DNA of 64,000 bases from the human T2T-CHM13v2.0 reference genome, Homo sapiens. Positions 58,097-64,000 of the stretch are shown here, piece after piece (the first letter of the stretch is position 1; each line of letters begins with the position of its first letter). The translations under genes were made by a program, and so were the position numbers. The notes below the pieces were generated by a model that ran no database searches, was not told where the DNA came from, and saw only the letters and a program-made list of their open reading frames with translations. The stretch lies in the NCBI RefSeq assembly GCF_009914755.1, contig NC_060926.1. One strand, written 5' to 3'.

Positions 58097-58370
58097 TCCC
58101 AGCACTTTGGGAGGCCAAGGCAGGTGGATCACCTGAGCTAAGGAGTTCAAGACCAGCCTGGGCAACATGGTGAAACCCCACGTTTACCAAAAAAAATACG
58201 AAGAATTAGCTGGGCGTGGTGGCACACGTGCCTGTGGTCCCAGCTATTCAGAAGGCTGAGGTGGGAAGATTGTTTGAGCCTGGGAGGTGGAGATTGCAGT
58301 GAGTCAAAATCTCATCACCACACTCCAGCATAAGGGACAGAATGAGACCCCTCTCAAAAAAGAAAAAAAA
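58097..58370 (+). mobile_element. Alu lacking its first ~30 nt, fused to the L1
   Basis: L1 ...aactataaaaac runs directly into tcccagcactttgggaggcc. Confidence 0.88.
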
Positions 58371-58489
58371 TTCTGGAACTAGAGAGTGTTAAGAATGTCC
58401 TAAATGTCACCAAATGATACACTTTAAAGTGCTTAATCTTATGTAAATTTTTCCTCAATTTAGAAACTTTTTCAAATTCTTGAAAAAAA

Positions 58490-58950
58490 GAACTACGTAA
58501 CATATATAAATATATACATAAACATAATATATATAGTATAAACATTTATAGCATACATATGTAATCTCTCTGCCATTTTGGGCTACCTTAACAAATAAGG
58601 CAGAAGCAACACATAAAAATTAAATATAAATATATGTACATATACACACACATAAATATGCATATTTATAAATTTAGAAATATAGAACATAGGTGACTAT
58701 TCAAGGAAACATATATTTATGAGCATATAAATATATAGGTAACATACATAAATATATTTAATATAGAAATTTACACATATATATGTAGCACTCTGCCACT
58801 CTGGCATACTTTGCTCATACAAGGTAGAAGCAAACATATATACTCACATACATGTGTATGCACACACATAGGTATGTTTTTATATATGTACATACAACTA
58901 CTTATATTTATTAATATATATAGAAATACATAAAAAGCGTAAAATATACA
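58490..58950. repeat. AT-rich low-complexity region with two diverged copies of ctctgcca...aaggcagaagcaa
   Basis: TA/CATA-rich; the motif occurs at ~58567 and ~58791. Confidence 0.75.
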
Positions 58951-58959
58951 TAAGGGTAT

Positions 58960-60585
58960 TGTTAAATTGAATTATCTTTGTCCTAAAGCTGCCTCCATAC
59001 TTATTTTAAGTTTGGCCTAATGAGTTCTCTATACATAGCTAGTTGAAACCTAACTTAATGTGTAAAAATAACTAACTTAACCCAAGACTGTAGTCTTATA
59101 ACATGTAACTATGTCTCAGCCAATGAAAACAGCTGAGCCTTCAGCCAATCAGAGGCTGAAAGCTGCCAAAACATGACTATATAAGGTAAATGCCAACAGC
59201 AGCCAATCAGGCTGTTTCCGTGCACTTCTTTTTCTCTAGCTGTAAATATAACCTGCACATACGGTGGCATGGAGTGTTCTGAGCCATTTTTGGTGCAAAC
59301 TGATGCCTGATTCCTAAATTGTTTCTTTGCTCAAATAAACTCTGCTAAATTTAATGTATGTAAAGGTTTTTTTTTTTTTTTTTAACAGATTCGTGTAGGA
59401 AATGCAATCTGAAGTAGAACTTCCATCAAACCCCAGAAGCATGGAGTGGCCAAGCACAGCGACCCACCAGGCCCATTGTGCACACAGATCTCTCACAGCA
59501 GCAGGGGTCCTGGGCAAGTTCTCTCTCAAATTTTGAAGCTCCAAGAATTTGTGTTTTGAGCTATGCATTTGTTTAAGCCAATTTTTTTATCCAGACTGGG
59601 TTTCAAAGTTGATTCTGAAATAATAAATAAAAGCTAAATAAGATCTTTAAACTAAATTTGTTGTAATTTTGTCTTTTGAGAGTTCTGGCAAGCTGAATGG
59701 GATCCACCTCCCAAGACCCCTTGAGGAAAGCAGGAAAGACACTGCTGGCCCCTTTGCCCTCCTTCTGAGGTTGTACATTCCTCTTAGGCCAGACTCTGTT
59801 CTTTTTGCATTGAACCTTGATCCTTTTGGGTTTCAAATCCAGGGTTTTGTGCTGTGAGAGGGCAAATTATCTTGGGATGGGTGCCAATGGCCAGTTTCTG
59901 CTGTGAGATAATATACGGCCTTTTGAGGTTTGGGTAGCTGACGAGTCATTGGCAAAAACTTGACTGAGTCCAGCATCAAATTGGATTTGATTGTGAACTG
60001 CATTGGATCGAGGTAGGAGGCCACTCAGTCTGATGATCAGATGGAAACTGGACTGGGTTCAGTAGATAGATAAGTTTGGCCTCCCTCAAGATAACCTAGA
60101 GTTACAGTGGTGACAGTGGGGAAACCCTTACAAAGGTAAATAGGTGCGTGTCTTCCCAGTTACAACAACTGCAGGGATTGAGAGTACTTGTACTTGTGCA
60201 TGCAAACTAAACACCCCTGTGCCCTAAGATGTCTGCCTTTTTTGCAAATAGCCAGGCCACTGGAAAAAGAATTGTCCACTTTTACAGCAGCCATCTCACG
60301 GGTCATCCCTTTGGCCTGGACTGTTTCCCCACTAAGGGAAGCCCTCAAAGGCATCACTCTTGGGACAACTATCGACTAATCTAATCAGCCCTCCCTGTTT
60401 TCTCTCTCTCTCTCTTTGATCCTGCTTCTCCCATGGGAACCTCTCAGTTGACTGAAACCACTCTTTTCCAACCCTTGCTGCCACTTCTTTCTTATTGTCA
60501 TGAACTTTGCCATGTTCCCGAAGTCTTACTTAGTGAAAATAAGCCTTTCTGACTTAATTTCCTTGTTGAGAAGGGTGGCCAGCAG
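58960..60585 (+). mobile_element. MER57 LTR (to ~59387) plus adjoining internal sequence
   Basis: tgttaaatt...cctaaagctgcctcc...ttttaagtttggcctaa...ctcaaataaactctgctaaatttaat...ttaaca matches recalled MER57. Confidence 0.75.
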
Positions 60586-62970
60586 CCAGGCTAGTGATAA
60601 AATTAATTAAATATGCCACCGAATTAATTCCTACAGTGTTAAAAGAGAAGCACCAACAATGTCAGTGACCATGTAACATGGATTTAAGCTACAAGTCATA
60701 GAACTGTGATAAGAAGCCTCAGCGCTGTAAAACAGAGGGTGGAGGAAAGCATTTCCTCTCTCAAATGAGCTTTGCCGGGTATACTTCTTGAAGAGTAGGA
60801 AGTTGAAGTGTTCAGGACTTTTATATCTATTCTACTTTGGCTTAGTTTAAATGATTCTTAGTTTATTAGCCTAGAAATGGCCAAGAAAACTTAAGTCTCA
60901 ATAATTAGTTATAAATGTGAAATATCCCCAATTTTTAAGATAAAAACAACTTATAAATGTATTTGTAAAAATTGCGTATATTTTTAGAGAGCGTGTATTT
61001 CTTTAAAACGGAGGGGAGTCTCTCATTTATATTAGTTTTCTTCATACCCTTTTGAACTTTGCAATTCCTATGTGTAGGAACCTATTTCTTACAGTTTTTC
61101 TACGCTAAACTCTGTCCTGGTCAGTTCTAGCGTGTACGAAGAACCAAATGATGTAATTGTATGCGACCTGGCTGTAGTGGAACAAATTTGACTCTTAAGT
61201 ATGCAGGCTCTAATTTTCCTGTCTGATTTTTGTAAGTATTCCTTAGATAGGTTTTTTCTTTGAAAATCTAGGATTGAGAGGTTGATGAATGAAAATTAAT
61301 CCTTTCACTTTGTTGTATATAGGTTTGCAATAACTAGGTCAGAGTAGAGTTTTTAGGTCATGAAGGGGGTTGATGACTTACAAATAATGGGCTCTGATTG
61401 GGCAACTACTCATCTGAGTTCCTTCCATTTGACCTAATTAAGCTTGTGAAATTTACACTAAGCCACGAGCTCATCTTTAAAAAGCTTTTACTAAAAGATT
61501 TTCAGCTGTTCCAAATGGGACTTATTAGTGGAATGTGTTTTAAAGAATCATATCAGATGAATGAAAGGTATTTGATCCTTTATTTCCTAAATAATTAAAT
61601 GATGGCTAGAGTCTAACCACAGTGCTATTATTAGGCTTTCTTGTTAAACATAGGTCTGAGCCTAAGTACGTCAATACAACAAATACTTACTGTTTCGTTT
61701 CTATTAATGAGAAAAAAAAAAAAAAAAAACAAGTCTTTCTGGCATAATGATGATTTTCATCTGGTTATTTTGAAACATTTTTGTAAAATAAATTTACATC
61801 TATAAAGAAAATTTTTATTTGTAAGGAGGGGTATGTCTCTGTGCACTGGAAGAGAGGAAGGACTAAATTACTGGGAAGTCTTATGATAAAGAAGCCATTG
61901 GCTTAAATCAGCAAAGCAAGCCGTCCCTTGGTTTAAGGTGTTTTTCCTGGCCATCCTGTCTTGACTAGAACTTTACCTACACGCTCCTTTTTGGTTTAGG
62001 CAAATGATAGTATCTAAACCTGAAGTCTCAACACTGTGCCTTTGAGATATAAACATTCTACCATGTCTTCTCTGGAACCTGATAACTATCTGTCTCTTTA
62101 AAATGCAAGTCTAGGGAGATGACTCATCAGAAAAAGAAGAAAAAAGAGGTATTTGGAAATTGTGCAAATTAAAGCAGCCCCTGATGCCAAAGTCTACACA
62201 TTCCTGAGTGAGTCAGTTCTGGCCAGTTCTAGCTGGATCAAGAGAGCCCTGCTGGGCAGGCCTGAAGAGCACCTGAATGGCAGACACCTGAGGAGCCAGG
62301 TGCCTGAAACTTCCTCCACCTGCCTGAGGAGCACCAAAGCCCAGGCTGGCTAGACAACCCCTTCTGGCTGCCTAAGCAGGTGGCAGAGGAAGGAAACAAG
62401 GTCAGAGGCAGAGTGTTGAACCCTGCCTCCCAGGTGGGTGGAAGATGCCTGTCGCCAAACTAGGGCCCAGCTTGCCAGGTGAGGTGGGTGAACTGGTGAT
62501 CCCCCGAGAGAGTGGACGTCAGAACTATATGGTCCCAGACTTCACCTCAGCCAGCAAAGGAGAGAGAGGGTTAATGTTAACTGCACGAGGCCCACTCTAG
62601 CCTTAAATTCTGTAATGCAAACCCTTCCCTTGGAGACAAAACAAACATGACAAGGAATTCTGAGGTCAGGGGACAAGAACCACAAGTTCCCTAGTGGGAG
62701 ACTGAGGAGGCAGTGTCCTTCCTGCCATTGGTCTACTGGCTAAGAACCTTCCTCAGCCTGACCTTTCCACATTGCACTTTCAGCTCTGTTTGCAATTTTC
62801 CTCCTTTAGTGCTGAGGGAATCCCAGTGTTTGATCCTGAAATCTATAGGTTCCTAATGGGTGGTTAAAAAAAACCTCAGCGAGAGAAGCAGAAAATGTTT
62901 CCTCTTCCTGAAAAACTGTAGAAAGGCAGGCACCATTCTGGGTGAGGACATGGTCCTTGCAAATGTCTTT

Positions 62971-63424
<454 letters not shown>

Positions 63425-63464
63425 TGATGGCCCTGCAAGATTTCTTAATCGACTGTGGACCGTG

Positions 63465-64000
63465 AGAACCTGCATCTCATTTTAATTAAGACAGGAAAAG
63501 AAAGAACAAAAGAGCAACTCCCAGGTTATAGAGAAACTGGATTTTAGTATAATATTCAAGTGTAGCACTGCTAATAATAACAAACCTTTCCCCTCCCAAA
63601 CGGTAAACACTTGCACTGCCTATTATACAAAAATTCAACCACCCCTCTGTTCCCCCCATATCTCCTCCCCAGTGACACCCCCCCCCTCATGTGGCCTCAT
63701 GAGCCTGGCCAGTGGTGAATGGCACTTTCAGGGGCATGAGACTTCACGTGAGTGGGACTCAGCTGGGACCCCTCTCCAGGTGGGAGCCGGAGAAGCTGCC
63801 CTAGTACCAGCTCAAAGTGTCCGTGATGTCCCTGCTGCTGAGGTAGGGGCCGCCTCTGAGCTGGTCTCGGGGTGTGAGCTGCTGCTGGTAGTGGGCTCTG
63901 CCCTGAGGGCCTGGTGGCTGGTCGGAAGGGCAGGCACACATGGGTGCCTCCCCAGGGACCCAGGCCACCTCCCCACCACAGCCCTGCACTGTGTGCTCCA
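63465..64000 (-). other. Possible terminal exon or retrocopy 3' end of an unidentified gene, running off the window
   Basis: GC-rich minus-strand open frame ending ...GGPYLSSRDITDTLSWY* at 63801, then UTR-like sequence and ATTAAA at 63481-63486; parent not recognised. Confidence 0.35.

Overview
Primate (most likely human) genomic DNA with no intact protein-coding gene. It has three parts. (1) 1-9.3 kb: nested retroelements, comprising a decayed ERV1-class pol region interrupted by an Alu and solo LTRs (MER50-like, LTR17/HERV-W, LTR5/HML-2, LTR10-like, MER61). (2) 11.8-39.4 kb: a GC-rich region holding a disabled, spliced + strand gene that the ORF track does not show as a unit. I reconstructed about 29 exons (about 4.4 kb, about 1,450 codons) by reading splice sites and codon phases. 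It starts with a signal-peptide exon and encodes tandem Cys-rich CPxG[HYF][YF]CP repeats (GCC2_GCC3/Ephrin_rec_like type). It has about 10 stops or frameshifts, and no C-terminal exons are visible. (3) 41.2-64 kb: a mosaic of L1s, ERV internal sequence, a spliced KRAB-ZNF fragment, a ZNF532 processed pseudogene, Alus and orphan 3'UTR-like segments, several joined at junctions lacking target-site duplications. Repeat subfamily names and orthology suggestions come from recalled consensus sequences, not searches. Exon coordinates were hand-counted and repeat boundaries are approximate.
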